DNA from: an uncultured Armatimonadetes bacterium
GTDB lineage: Bacteria > Armatimonadota > Hebobacteria > Hebobacterales > Hebobacteraceae
Reading direction: 5' to 3'
NCBI GenBank assembly: GCA_963716175.1
Contig: OY970296.1
Span: forward strand, 2,944,001 to 3,008,000
Length of the DNA: 64,000 nt
How positions within the stretch are numbered: the first letter of the stretch is position 1; every line of letters begins with the position of its first letter. The notes beneath the pieces were generated by a model that saw only the letters and a list, made by a program, of their open reading frames with translations, did no database searches and was not told the origin of the DNA. Of the stretch, positions 1 to 8,878 are shown in pieces. The position numbers and the translations under genes were made by a program.

Positions 1-451
1 GAGTCCTGTTAGGCGTAGTCAGCACGAAGAGCCCATTCTGTTTGAGTACTCGACGGACCTCACAGACGAAGCTCAAGTCATCGTGAACGTGCTCGATGAC
101 CTGAAATGAGACAACAGCGTCGAAAGCGCCGGATTCATATGGAATAGTCGTTCCATCATATACTCGGAAGCTACAGTTATGCGTTCCGTATCTCGCTGCG
201 GCATGCGCGACGGTATCCTCGTCTACGTCTAGCCCGGTGACGCGCTTCACATGCTCTGATAGGAGGCTCGTACCATACCCTTCTCCACATCCCACATCTA
301 ATACGGTGGAATCATGAGTAAGGAGAGTCTGCATCGCGAATGCATATGCAAACAAGTGCCGGAGGTAGGTGATATACTCTTGCTGTGATGTCCATTGCGC
401 CGGTACTACTCGCTCTCCCGTCTTGCGAAGTTGCTTTGCCAAGACCTCCAC
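1..451 (-). CDS. Class I SAM-dependent methyltransferase (runs off the window's left edge)
   Basis: Manual translation, not in the ORF track: ...TGERVVP...HLFAYAFA...VLDVGCGEGYG...VTGLDVD...FDAVVSFQVIEHV...LTTPNR. First start after an in-frame stop is GTG 451. Lower GC than its neighbours. Confidence 0.85.
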   Translation of the reverse strand, partial: MEVLAKQLRKTGERVVPAQWTSQQEYITYLRHLFAYAFAMQTLLTHDSTVLDVGCGEGYGTSLLSEHVKRVTGLDVDEDTVAHAAARYGTHNCSFRVYDGTTIPYESGAFDAVVSFQVIEHVHDDLSFVCEVRRVLKQNGLFVLTTPNRT

Positions 452-587
452 TCCTCATGAACCGAGTGGTTCTGCTTCTCGCCTGAGCCGGGGGCGCCAG
501 GCCTCTGCGCCTTCGGCCGCAACCCTTCGGTCATACCATTCCCGGATTTCTTTCTCCGTTGCCATGCTGACAGCTAGCTCACGTGCA

Positions 588-1676
588 CTATGTGCCTGCT
601 GACGGATTCCCTGAGCGCCCGTTGGCAAGCTCCTGGATCAGGCGTATCAGCTTGGCAGCTCGGCGCTCGGAAGAGAACTCCAGGGCTCGCGCCACCGCCT
701 TCTCGTTGTATTCGATGTTCTCGAAAACCCACCTGATCTTGTCCGCGACCTCTTGCGGGTCACTGGTGTCCATCACAATCCCCGCGTCGCCCACTATCTC
801 AGGCAGGCTCCCAGCATTGCTCACAATGGGCGTGCATCCGTGGAGCATGCTCTCCATCACCGAGACTCCAAAGCCTTCATGTTTCGAGAGCTGCAAGTAG
901 ACTTTCGACTCGCTCAGGGTCCGCGAGTATTGCTCACCCGGAAGGTAGCCCAGATAGCGCACGTTCGCTGGCGCGATCGCCCTCAACTTCTCGATAGTTC
1001 GGTCCTTGGCCTTGCCCACGTGCAGGAACGGAACGTCCGGGAACATTCTCGCCACTCGCACAAACTCGAGATGCCCCTTGCGCGCCGAACTCTCTCGCGA
1101 TATAAGGCCTACCGTGATGACCTGGTTCTTGCGTTCAGTCGCTCTTCTCGCTTCCACTCCCTTGGTGCAGCAGTAGACCATCTCGTGCCTCTTGGGATTG
1201 GCGAAGTCATAGAGCTCCCTCTGGCTGGACCTGGAGATGCTGAGGACGAGATCGGCGTTGCTCAGGGCGTAACGGGCAGCATGCTTCAGCACCGGATGCA
1301 GAGGGAGGCCGTAACCTATCTCCGGCACTCTGGCTACATCGTAGCCCCCGCACACAATCACCGTCTTCTTTCTCAGCACCTTGCCAAAGAGCACCATCAG
1401 GAAGGCGTGCAGCCCGGCGAACCACGCGAACCCAACGTCGTGCTTTCGCATCTTGACCAGCATCTGGAGTGGCGCCAGGGGTGTGTAACGGAAATGAAGG
1501 AGCGTGGCCCTGAAAGCCCGCCCGAGGATCTCGAAGTCGTTCTCCCGGAATCCTGACGGGCCGGGCCGCCAGATGCAAAGGACCCGAAGCCTGGAATCAT
1601 GCGCTCCGGTCAGGCCCTGCGGATTCGCGGAGGCCGGCAGGATCACAGGCTCTTCCTGGCTGCTGCGGCCGGTCAT
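588..1676 (-). CDS. Glycosyltransferase family 4
   Basis: GT-B motifs RKG and EGFGVSVMESMLHGCTPIVS (EX7E). Confidence 0.9.
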   Translation of the reverse strand: MTGRSSQEEPVILPASANPQGLTGAHDSRLRVLCIWRPGPSGFRENDFEILGRAFRATLLHFRYTPLAPLQMLVKMRKHDVGFAWFAGLHAFLMVLFGKVLRKKTVIVCGGYDVARVPEIGYGLPLHPVLKHAARYALSNADLVLSISRSSQRELYDFANPKRHEMVYCCTKGVEARRATERKNQVITVGLISRESSARKGHLEFVRVARMFPDVPFLHVGKAKDRTIEKLRAIAPANVRYLGYLPGEQYSRTLSESKVYLQLSKHEGFGVSVMESMLHGCTPIVSNAGSLPEIVGDAGIVMDTSDPQEVADKIRWVFENIEYNEKAVARALEFSSERRAAKLIRLIQELANGRSGNPSAGT

Positions 1677-2710
1677 GCTGCCTGAGCCGCCCGCCTACTG
1701 AGGATCTGGTACATCATCTCCGTCACGTCCACTTTCTCGTCAACTATCCGCTTCGCCTTCGCCTGCCATTCTTCACGGTGGTGGCCGGTGAGGATGGACT
1801 CGGCCTTCGCTACCGCATCCTTCATTCTCTCGGGCGGGAAGCTGAAGACGATGGCATATCTCTGCTCCTGCTCGGCAGTGGTCCCCGCGACTATGGGGTG
1901 GATGCAGATACTCGGCACCCCCAGGACCGCTCCCTCCGCGGCCATGGTGGGGCTCTCCCCGAAGATCAGCGCCGCGTGAGCCATGAAGTGGTGGATACGC
2001 GAGACCGGAAGCTTCAGGCGATACTGCTCCAGCTCGGCGGGCAGCGCCCCCTCTGATGAGACGAAAACCTTGCCGTGGCGGGCAAGGGCTTTGACCGCCT
2101 CCACCTTGTCCGCCGTGGTGAGTCCCTTCAGCCCCACGTCGTGCCCCGCGGCCCACCCCACAAACCTGACGATCGAGAACAGCTCACCAGGCTTCACCCC
2201 GGCCTCATCGAGCACCGATGGGTCGGCCTGGAAGTACTTCGGGTGCAGGTAGGCCAGCTCGTGGTAGCCCTCGTACCTCACGTGCCTCCAGCGAATCTGC
2301 TTCCGGTAGCAGCTCGGCACGTAGACGCAGGTGGCGAAGGGAAAGGAGAGCAGGTTGGATATGGTAGCGTGCTCGGTGTCGTAGAACACGTAGGTGGGAA
2401 CGCCCATCAGCTTCCCCAGAGAGCTGATGTAAGTGCCCGCAATCGCCATCATCACATCCGGCCTGAACTCCTTGATGATGTGGCGCAGCCGCCGCTGACG
2501 CCCGATCATCTCGGCCGCCAGGTTGAGCACGCCCTTCCGCGCAACCCCAAACACCTCGACCTCGAGGCCGTAGTCGCGCGCCAGCTCCACCAGGATGTCT
2601 TTGTCCCGCCCGGTGACGCGGACCTGATGACCCTCCGCCTTCAGTCTCGCAATGAGATTGCGGAAGAAGTGCACGTGAGCAGGATGCTGGAGGTCGAGCA
2701 GAACTCTCAC
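1673..2710 (-). CDS. DUF354 family protein (GT-B-like)
   Basis: N-terminal DLQHPAHVHFFRNLI, YDTEHA, YHELAYLHP and ESPTMAAEGAVLGVP. Likely start GTG 2710. Confidence 0.85.
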   Translation of the reverse strand: MRVLLDLQHPAHVHFFRNLIARLKAEGHQVRVTGRDKDILVELARDYGLEVEVFGVARKGVLNLAAEMIGRQRRLRHIIKEFRPDVMMAIAGTYISSLGKLMGVPTYVFYDTEHATISNLLSFPFATCVYVPSCYRKQIRWRHVRYEGYHELAYLHPKYFQADPSVLDEAGVKPGELFSIVRFVGWAAGHDVGLKGLTTADKVEAVKALARHGKVFVSSEGALPAELEQYRLKLPVSRIHHFMAHAALIFGESPTMAAEGAVLGVPSICIHPIVAGTTAEQEQRYAIVFSFPPERMKDAVAKAESILTGHHREEWQAKAKRIVDEKVDVTEMMYQILSRRAAQAA

Positions 2711-2832
2711 TGACCATCTCGGCGGCCCTTGTTGTCCAGCGGCCGACGCTAAGCTCATTATACTACGAAACGGCCGACCGTTCACGCCAGGCCAAAGAAG
2801 GGCGTGACTTCCTGCAGTTGGCGGCGCAGGTT

Positions 2833-2868
2833 GTCATTCTCCGCCCGCCGGAGGCGGGCGGAGAATCC
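2833..2868. repeat. Perfect 14-bp hairpin, GTCATTC...GAATCC (CIR/REP-like) palindrome
   Basis: ATTCTCCGCCCGCC-GGA-GGCGGGCGGAGAAT at 2836-2866, intergenic. Confidence 0.6.
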
Positions 2869-3069
2869 ATGCTGCGTGGTGAGCGTCCGCCGGGGCGAAA
2901 GCCTCGCCTTGTCGCTACCCCGTGCTCCACCCTGAGACGAGGCCGGGGCTCGCCACCAGCCTGCGACTGGAGATAGACCTCCCCGCTCTGGGCCGCCCGC
3001 ACGGGTTTTGGGATACTGCAGGGGCCTGACTGCCACTTCGAGCCCACGCCGCGTGTTGCGTGAGAATCG

Positions 3070-4317
3070 TCAATCCTTCGGCACCTGCACCAGCCCGATC
3101 CGATACCAGTAGGCCTCTCCCGCCTGGTTCTCCGCGGCGAAGTCCCCGAAACGGTAGGAGGCGACTGGATCGGTGCTCCGCGAGGCGAAGGTGTGCACCG
3201 GCCGCCCATCAATCAGCAGGTCCACCTCCTGCGCGGTCCGGCGGCGCAGGATCAGCTCATGCCACACTCCTCGCGTGACGGACCCCACACCGTGCCGGCC
3301 CTCCCGATCAACCACCCAGACGAACCCCTGCTGCGGCCCCTTCTCCCCGGCGGCGCCCGGCTCATCCTCGAACTGCACCTCAATGTCGGTTGGCTTACCC
3401 TCCCGGGTGAGCGGGCAGACCACGCTGAATGCTTGATAGGGCTGCTCCGACACATACACCTGGCACCAGAACTGGTACGGGACCGCCACCTGCACCTGGC
3501 CCCACTCGGCCTGACAGCGCGCGGCCTCCTTGCCTGCAACATCCCGGAGGTAGAGCTGGGCGCGCCGCACCTCCTGGAATTCGCTGCCCTGCTCGGCCCT
3601 CCCCCCCTCTGTTGCCTGCACGCGCCACGCCCGAACCGCGCTCTGCACGGCCGCCGGGCCTTGGCCGCAGGTGATCACCGTTGCTCCCCAGTAGGCTTCC
3701 CCTGCCCCCTCCGAGGTGCTGGAGTCGCCCACCTCGACCTCGCGCGCGGGCTTGAGACCGCGGGCCTGGTAAGTCCCGATGACATCCCCGTTGATCCTCA
3801 GCTCGACTTCCTGCTCGCTCTTGCGGGCAATCTCCAGCCGATGCCAGCCAGGGCGCCGGAGATGGGCGACGCTGTGATCGCCCTTGGCATCACGGACCCA
3901 TACCATCCCGTGCCAGTCGTCTGGCGACTGCGGCAGCTTCTCCCAGGTCTCCCGGAGCATCAGGGTGATGTCGGTGGGCTCGCCAGCGCTGTCCTTTGCC
4001 TGGTAGACGACGAAGTCGTCATACATGTCTCCTATCACGTAGAGCCACCAGCTAACCCGGTAGGGTATGGTAGGTTCCCCCAGCGGAGCGCTGGCACTCG
4101 CAGTTGACCGCGCCTCGCTGCGGAGATGGAGCAGATCGCCGGCAACGGGCGCGAACTCAGGCTGGGTCTGAGCGGAGGCGCTGCCCTCCGCCCTCAACTG
4201 CCAGTGTCCCATCCGTCCTGCTGCCGCCACGTCGCACGCCAACATGAGCACGCAGAGCGCTGCCGGCCAGGCCGCGAGCAGAGCAGACCGCCTTCTTCCT
4301 GCGTTGCTTCCTAGCAT
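3070..4317 (-). CDS. Secreted protein with two tandem homologous beta-sandwich-like domains
   Basis: Signal-peptide-like N-terminus. Duplicated motifs PY.../PTDI/VWV.D..G.H/WH.L/EV.L.I[ND]G/GD/AGEAYW. Confidence 0.7.
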   Translation of the reverse strand: MLGSNAGRRRSALLAAWPAALCVLMLACDVAAAGRMGHWQLRAEGSASAQTQPEFAPVAGDLLHLRSEARSTASASAPLGEPTIPYRVSWWLYVIGDMYDDFVVYQAKDSAGEPTDITLMLRETWEKLPQSPDDWHGMVWVRDAKGDHSVAHLRRPGWHRLEIARKSEQEVELRINGDVIGTYQARGLKPAREVEVGDSSTSEGAGEAYWGATVITCGQGPAAVQSAVRAWRVQATEGGRAEQGSEFQEVRRAQLYLRDVAGKEAARCQAEWGQVQVAVPYQFWCQVYVSEQPYQAFSVVCPLTREGKPTDIEVQFEDEPGAAGEKGPQQGFVWVVDREGRHGVGSVTRGVWHELILRRRTAQEVDLLIDGRPVHTFASRSTDPVASYRFGDFAAENQAGEAYWYRIGLVQVPKD

Positions 4318-4442
4318 GGTGCACCGCCCTCCACCTCAGACGACGAGGGGGCCGCCACGCGACACACCGTGCAGGCGGCCCCCTCCATTGGGCCTGTCGT
4401 TTGCCCTCTCGGCCAGGCTGTCAGCCAGACGCGCCGCGCGTG

Positions 4443-5006
4443 CTATTGCGGTCCTATCACATATGGCTCGAGGTCTGTGACCTTGATCCACCAGACGACC
4501 GGCGCCTGGTCCGCCGCGATCTCGAGCCTCTGCAGCCCACCCTGACCGAGGGCCAGGAACCGCAGCGTCCAGCGCTGGCCCAGCTCCGCGTCGCCGATCC
4601 ACTGGTACGAGCCGGCAGCTCCATTCTGGATCCCGTCGTAGTCACCCAGCGCTACCCCGTTGATCGCCACCTTCATCATATCGTCATCCCCATCGCCGGT
4701 CTGGGCGGTGGACCAGTTCTGCGCACACACCTGCACCCAGAGCAGGCCGCTGCTGGAGAAGAAGCGGTACTTCTGCCACCAGTAACTTGCGCGGTTCGTG
4801 CTGATGGGGTCCACCCAGAACGGTCCCCCCAGATAGGCGCCGCCCGGTCCGGTGGCGCTCCCTGGCGCCCGCTCGTTGGGGTGCACCTCCAGCAGCACTG
4901 CCGGCTCCGGTACCTGGGCCAGCCCAACCCCCCCTGTCCAGAGCACGGCCCCACACAACAACAGCGCGATCACAACAGCTCTCCCTCTAGCTCCTCTGTC
5001 CGCCAT
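4443..5006 (-). CDS. Secreted stand-alone form of the shared ~150-aa C-terminal domain
   Basis: RBS GGAGGTG before ATG 5006. Signal peptide (...GVGLA|Q) is followed directly by VLLEVHPNE...KVTDLEP. Confidence 0.8.
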   Translation of the reverse strand: MADRGARGRAVVIALLLCGAVLWTGGVGLAQVPEPAVLLEVHPNERAPGSATGPGGAYLGGPFWVDPISTNRASYWWQKYRFFSSSGLLWVQVCAQNWSTAQTGDGDDDMMKVAINGVALGDYDGIQNGAAGSYQWIGDAELGQRWTLRFLALGQGGLQRLEIAADQAPVVWWIKVTDLEPYVIGPQ

Positions 5007-5137
5007 CGTCCTCACCTCCGCGCAAACGTTTCTCCACACAGATCAACTCCCACGCTTCGCGTAGCACATTGCCAGCGATTAGTCAAGAGGCCGCGGACAC
5101 GCTTCATCTCCACCACCAGCGCGCGCCGCGTGCCCCG

Positions 5138-7003
5138 TCACGGCTCGATCACCTGCGGCTCCAGGTCCGTCACCTTCACCCACCACAGCACCGGCGCCTG
5201 GTCGGCGGCGATCTCGACTCTCTGCAGCCCACCCTGACCGAGGTACAGGAACCGCAGTGTCCAGCGCTGGCCCGCCTCGGTGGCGCCGATCCACTGCCAC
5301 CCCCCGGGAGCCCCACTCTGGATGCCATCGTAGTCCGCCAGCGCCACCCCGTTCACCGCCACTTTCGTGTTGTCATCGTCCCCGTCGCCATTCTGGGTGC
5401 CGGTCCAGTTCTGCGCACACACCTGCACCCACAGCACCCCGCTGGCCGCGAAGCGGTATTCCTTCCACCAGTAGCTGCCGCGAGCCGTGTTGATGGGATC
5501 CACCCAGTACGGTCCTCCCAGGGAGGCACCGCCCGGTCCCGCTGCGCGCCCCTGTGCCCGCTCATCCGGGTGGACTTCGAGGAGAACGTCTGGTTGGAGC
5601 GCTGGCTCCAGGACATTGAGCATGGCTTCCGCATAGTAACAGACGCCCGGCGCAATGGTGACAGGGGGGTCGGTGGAGGAGACGACGTCATAGCTGCCGT
5701 CGCCGTCGAAGTCTTGGTAGAAGTCGGCGCTGGTGATCGTGGCATCGGTACTAGCGGCGGGGTCTACGATGACCAGGACTCGCCCCAGAATCTGCACCGG
5801 GCCCAGAGGAATCCCGTCAGTCATATCCACGGCGATGCGGTTGGTATCGGTGACTGGCAGCGCGGTGCCGCCGTCGAAATAGATGGGAGCGTAGGAGTCC
5901 CAGCACGTGGGGACAGCTGTGGAAGAACCGAGATAGACGTAGCCGCGCTGGGAGTGGTTGATACCGGCCACCGCGTAGAGCCTGGGACGGTAGTTGTCGC
6001 GGTCGTCGTTGTAGTAAGCGTAGGGCCCGAAAGTGCTCTCCAGGAACATGCTGTAGGCAACCCAGAAGAAGCCTTTGCTCCCGAGGCCGGTGGAGTTGCG
6101 CACGCCCCAAATGTTGCCCCAGGAGTTGGCCATGAGAAAGGCGCCGTAGTGTGTCTGCCCATCCCGGTGGTCAACATAGCTCTTGCTGTCGCTGTAGCCC
6201 ACGATGGTGACTGCATGTCCCCCCTCGGGAGGGCCGTCGGGGTAGTAGTAGACGCCATTGTTGACGCCGGTGCCATCAGCGGGGTAGTACCAGTACCAGG
6301 TCCGGAACACCGCGGAGTCGGTGGCGGCCAGGTTGCCATTGGCGAGGTGCTGCTTGATGGTGTCGAGGCCTGAGGGAGTGGAACCGTCAATCACATGGGG
6401 GGTCTGGGTGCGGTTCTCGAGGGCCTGCACCCAGGCCGCCTCGGAGGGCCATGTGGTCCAGTCGCTTTGACTGTAGGGTTTCAGGGTCCAGTTCGAGCAG
6501 CCGATATCGCTGAGCCGGGCGACGACGTACTGTGTGTTCGCGCCATTGTCCCCCCCGCCGTTGACCAGGGGATACATGAAGGCTGGACTACAGGTATGGT
6601 CAGGATCCCAGGTGGAGACGTCGCGGTTCTCGTCGGCGGCTTGCGTGAAGGTGTTGTAGTAGTAGCAGCCGGCCCAGCAGGTGCAGGAGCCCTGTCCGCC
6701 CTGGTTTCCGATGGGAGGGAAGTACTGGAGGGTGCTGTTGTCCACGGCCGCGGGCAGCGAGGCCGAGGCAGGCGGTGTTCCGCGGTGCAGGCGGGCGGCC
6801 TTGGCTTCGGCCTGGGCGCGCGCTCTGGCGAGGTCGTTGGGCGCAATGTGGGTGACCCTGGTATAGACGGCATCAATGTAGGCTTGCTCTTCCGGAGTCG
6901 GGGGGCGATGGCCGAGGCCGCGCCCCTGTGCCAGAGAGCTTGATACCACGCAGACGAGAAGGAGAGGAACCAGCAAGCAAGTGACAGCATGGCGCGCGAT
7001 CAT
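5138..7003 (-). CDS. Secreted papain-like (C1) cysteine peptidase + shared C-terminal domain
   Basis: QGGQGSCTCWA (Cys), GGHAVTIVGY (His), ANSWG (Asn). RBS GGAGGG before ATG 7003; signal peptide. Confidence 0.88.
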   Translation of the reverse strand: MIARHAVTCLLVPLLLVCVVSSSLAQGRGLGHRPPTPEEQAYIDAVYTRVTHIAPNDLARARAQAEAKAARLHRGTPPASASLPAAVDNSTLQYFPPIGNQGGQGSCTCWAGCYYYNTFTQAADENRDVSTWDPDHTCSPAFMYPLVNGGGDNGANTQYVVARLSDIGCSNWTLKPYSQSDWTTWPSEAAWVQALENRTQTPHVIDGSTPSGLDTIKQHLANGNLAATDSAVFRTWYWYYPADGTGVNNGVYYYPDGPPEGGHAVTIVGYSDSKSYVDHRDGQTHYGAFLMANSWGNIWGVRNSTGLGSKGFFWVAYSMFLESTFGPYAYYNDDRDNYRPRLYAVAGINHSQRGYVYLGSSTAVPTCWDSYAPIYFDGGTALPVTDTNRIAVDMTDGIPLGPVQILGRVLVIVDPAASTDATITSADFYQDFDGDGSYDVVSSTDPPVTIAPGVCYYAEAMLNVLEPALQPDVLLEVHPDERAQGRAAGPGGASLGGPYWVDPINTARGSYWWKEYRFAASGVLWVQVCAQNWTGTQNGDGDDDNTKVAVNGVALADYDGIQSGAPGGWQWIGATEAGQRWTLRFLYLGQGGLQRVEIAADQAPVLWWVKVTDLEPQVIEP

Positions 7004-7172
7004 CCGTCGTCCCTCCGGCTGTGGCTGAAGGCGATGGCCATTGTCCTCAACCTGATTAGGGAGAAGGGCCCTCGCCCGGCCCGTATGCAGTGATGCAGCA
7101 AGAAGGCCGGCGTACTCTACCACGCGCCTCGCGAATCGGCAAGCGTTTGACGGGTGTGAGCCGCGACCTGGC

Positions 7173-8657
7173 CTAGGGCGGAGGCGCGACGACCCCCGCC
7201 TCCAGGTCCGTCACCTTCACCCACCACAGCACCGGCGCCTGGTCCGCGGCGATCTTCACGCTCTGCATCCCAGGGGCCCCGAGAGCCAGGAACCGCAGCG
7301 TCCAGCGCTGGCCCTGCTCCGTGGCGCCGATCCACTGCCACCCCCCGGGAGGCCCGTTCTGGATGCCGTCGTAGTCCGCCAGCGCCACCCCGTTGATCGC
7401 CACTTTCGTGTTGTCGTCGTCCCCGTCGCCGTTCTGGGTGGCGGCCCAGTTCTGCGCACACACCTGTACCGACAGCACCCCGCTGGCGGCGAAGCGATAC
7501 TCCTGCCACCAGTAGCCTGCCACGAGCTTGTTTATCGGATCCACCCAGTACGGTCCGCCCAGGGAGGCGCCGCCCGCTCCTATTGTGCGCCCTGGTGCAC
7601 GCTCGTTCGGGTGCACCTCCAGCACCGCCTTCGGCACCATCAGAATGCCCACGTGGACGACCTGGCCGTTCTCTGTATCCGCCACCCAGCAGGAGCCGTC
7701 AGTCGGGTTGACGGAGACGGACCAGGGGTTCCGGAACCCCCCGGTTCGCGACACCTCGCTGCCGCCTGCGGCCAGGTGCACGACCTGGTTGTTGCCCGTG
7801 GCCGCTACCCAGCAGGAGCCATCCGTGGCGTTGACCGAGACGCAATTGGCCATGGAGAACCCGCCTGCCCGCGACAGTTCGGTGGTGCCGTCCGGGGCCA
7901 GGTGGACGACCTGCGTCCCGTAGTCCACCACCCAGCAGGAGCTGTCTGTGGGGTTCACAGAGACAGAGTAGGGGTGGTAGAACCCGCTTGCGCGCGACAG
8001 TTCGGTGGTGCCGTCCGGGGCCAGGTGGACGACCTGGCCGTTGTCTGTGTCCGCCACCCAGCAGGAGCCGTCCGCCGGGTTGACGGAGACGGAGTAGGGA
8101 TTGTAGAACGTCGGAAACCCGGCGGTTCGCGACCACTCCGTGGTGCCGTCCGGGGCCAGGTGGACGACCTGGTTGTTGTTGGTGTCCGCGACCCAGCAGG
8201 AGCTATCGTTCGGGCTCACCGAGACGGATCGGGGGTCATTGAACGTCGGGTACCCCACCTGCGACGACACGGTGGTGCCATCGGAGGCCAGGTGGACCAC
8301 CCCACTGCCTGCGCTCCCCACCCAGCAGGAGCCGTCAGTGGGGTTGGACGAGACGGACCGCGGCTCTATGACGGCCTTCCAGGACAGGGAGTTGCCGTCT
8401 GCATCCACGTGGCCCACCTGCCAGGGAAACGTCTCGTAGCCATAGTCCGCTACCCAGCAGGAGCCATCTGACGGGTTGACGGAGACGGACACGGGATAAG
8501 GGAACCACGGGGTCGGCCACCCGGGGCTGCGCCACAACTCCGAGACCACCTCCGCTGCCTGGGCCATCGTGTTGAGGCCAAACATGGCCGGACAGGCCCA
8601 GAGCAATACCGTCGCCAGAAGGGGAACAAACAGACGTGACCGCGCTGACCCTCGCAT
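7173..8657 (-). CDS. Secreted NHL-like beta-propeller (7 repeats) + shared C-terminal domain
   Basis: Seven P.SVSVNP.DGSCWVAD..N.QVVHLA.DG repeats; signal peptide. Confidence 0.85.
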   Translation of the reverse strand: MRGSARSRLFVPLLATVLLWACPAMFGLNTMAQAAEVVSELWRSPGWPTPWFPYPVSVSVNPSDGSCWVADYGYETFPWQVGHVDADGNSLSWKAVIEPRSVSSNPTDGSCWVGSAGSGVVHLASDGTTVSSQVGYPTFNDPRSVSVSPNDSSCWVADTNNNQVVHLAPDGTTEWSRTAGFPTFYNPYSVSVNPADGSCWVADTDNGQVVHLAPDGTTELSRASGFYHPYSVSVNPTDSSCWVVDYGTQVVHLAPDGTTELSRAGGFSMANCVSVNATDGSCWVAATGNNQVVHLAAGGSEVSRTGGFRNPWSVSVNPTDGSCWVADTENGQVVHVGILMVPKAVLEVHPNERAPGRTIGAGGASLGGPYWVDPINKLVAGYWWQEYRFAASGVLSVQVCAQNWAATQNGDGDDDNTKVAINGVALADYDGIQNGPPGGWQWIGATEQGQRWTLRFLALGAPGMQSVKIAADQAPVLWWVKVTDLEAGVVAPPP

Positions 8658-8878
8658 CGCCCTACACCTCCCGTTACCGCGGAACTGCGCAGGTCGCCCC
8701 CCGCCCGGGGCCCTCGCCTTAACCCCCTCAGCAGGAGACTCAACCGGATTGGCGGTCTAGTGCCGTTGCCGGCCGCCTTCGCCTCCCCCCTTGCGATTCC
8801 TCTCTCTCGGCAAAGGCGTTTTCCCGCTTCTCTTGAGTTGGCCTGGCCGCCCCCGGCAGCCCAGGCGCGCCGCGCCTC

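Noticed and set aside
7630-8500. DNA tandem repeats as a non-coding array
   Set aside because: Explained by the seven coding propeller blades.
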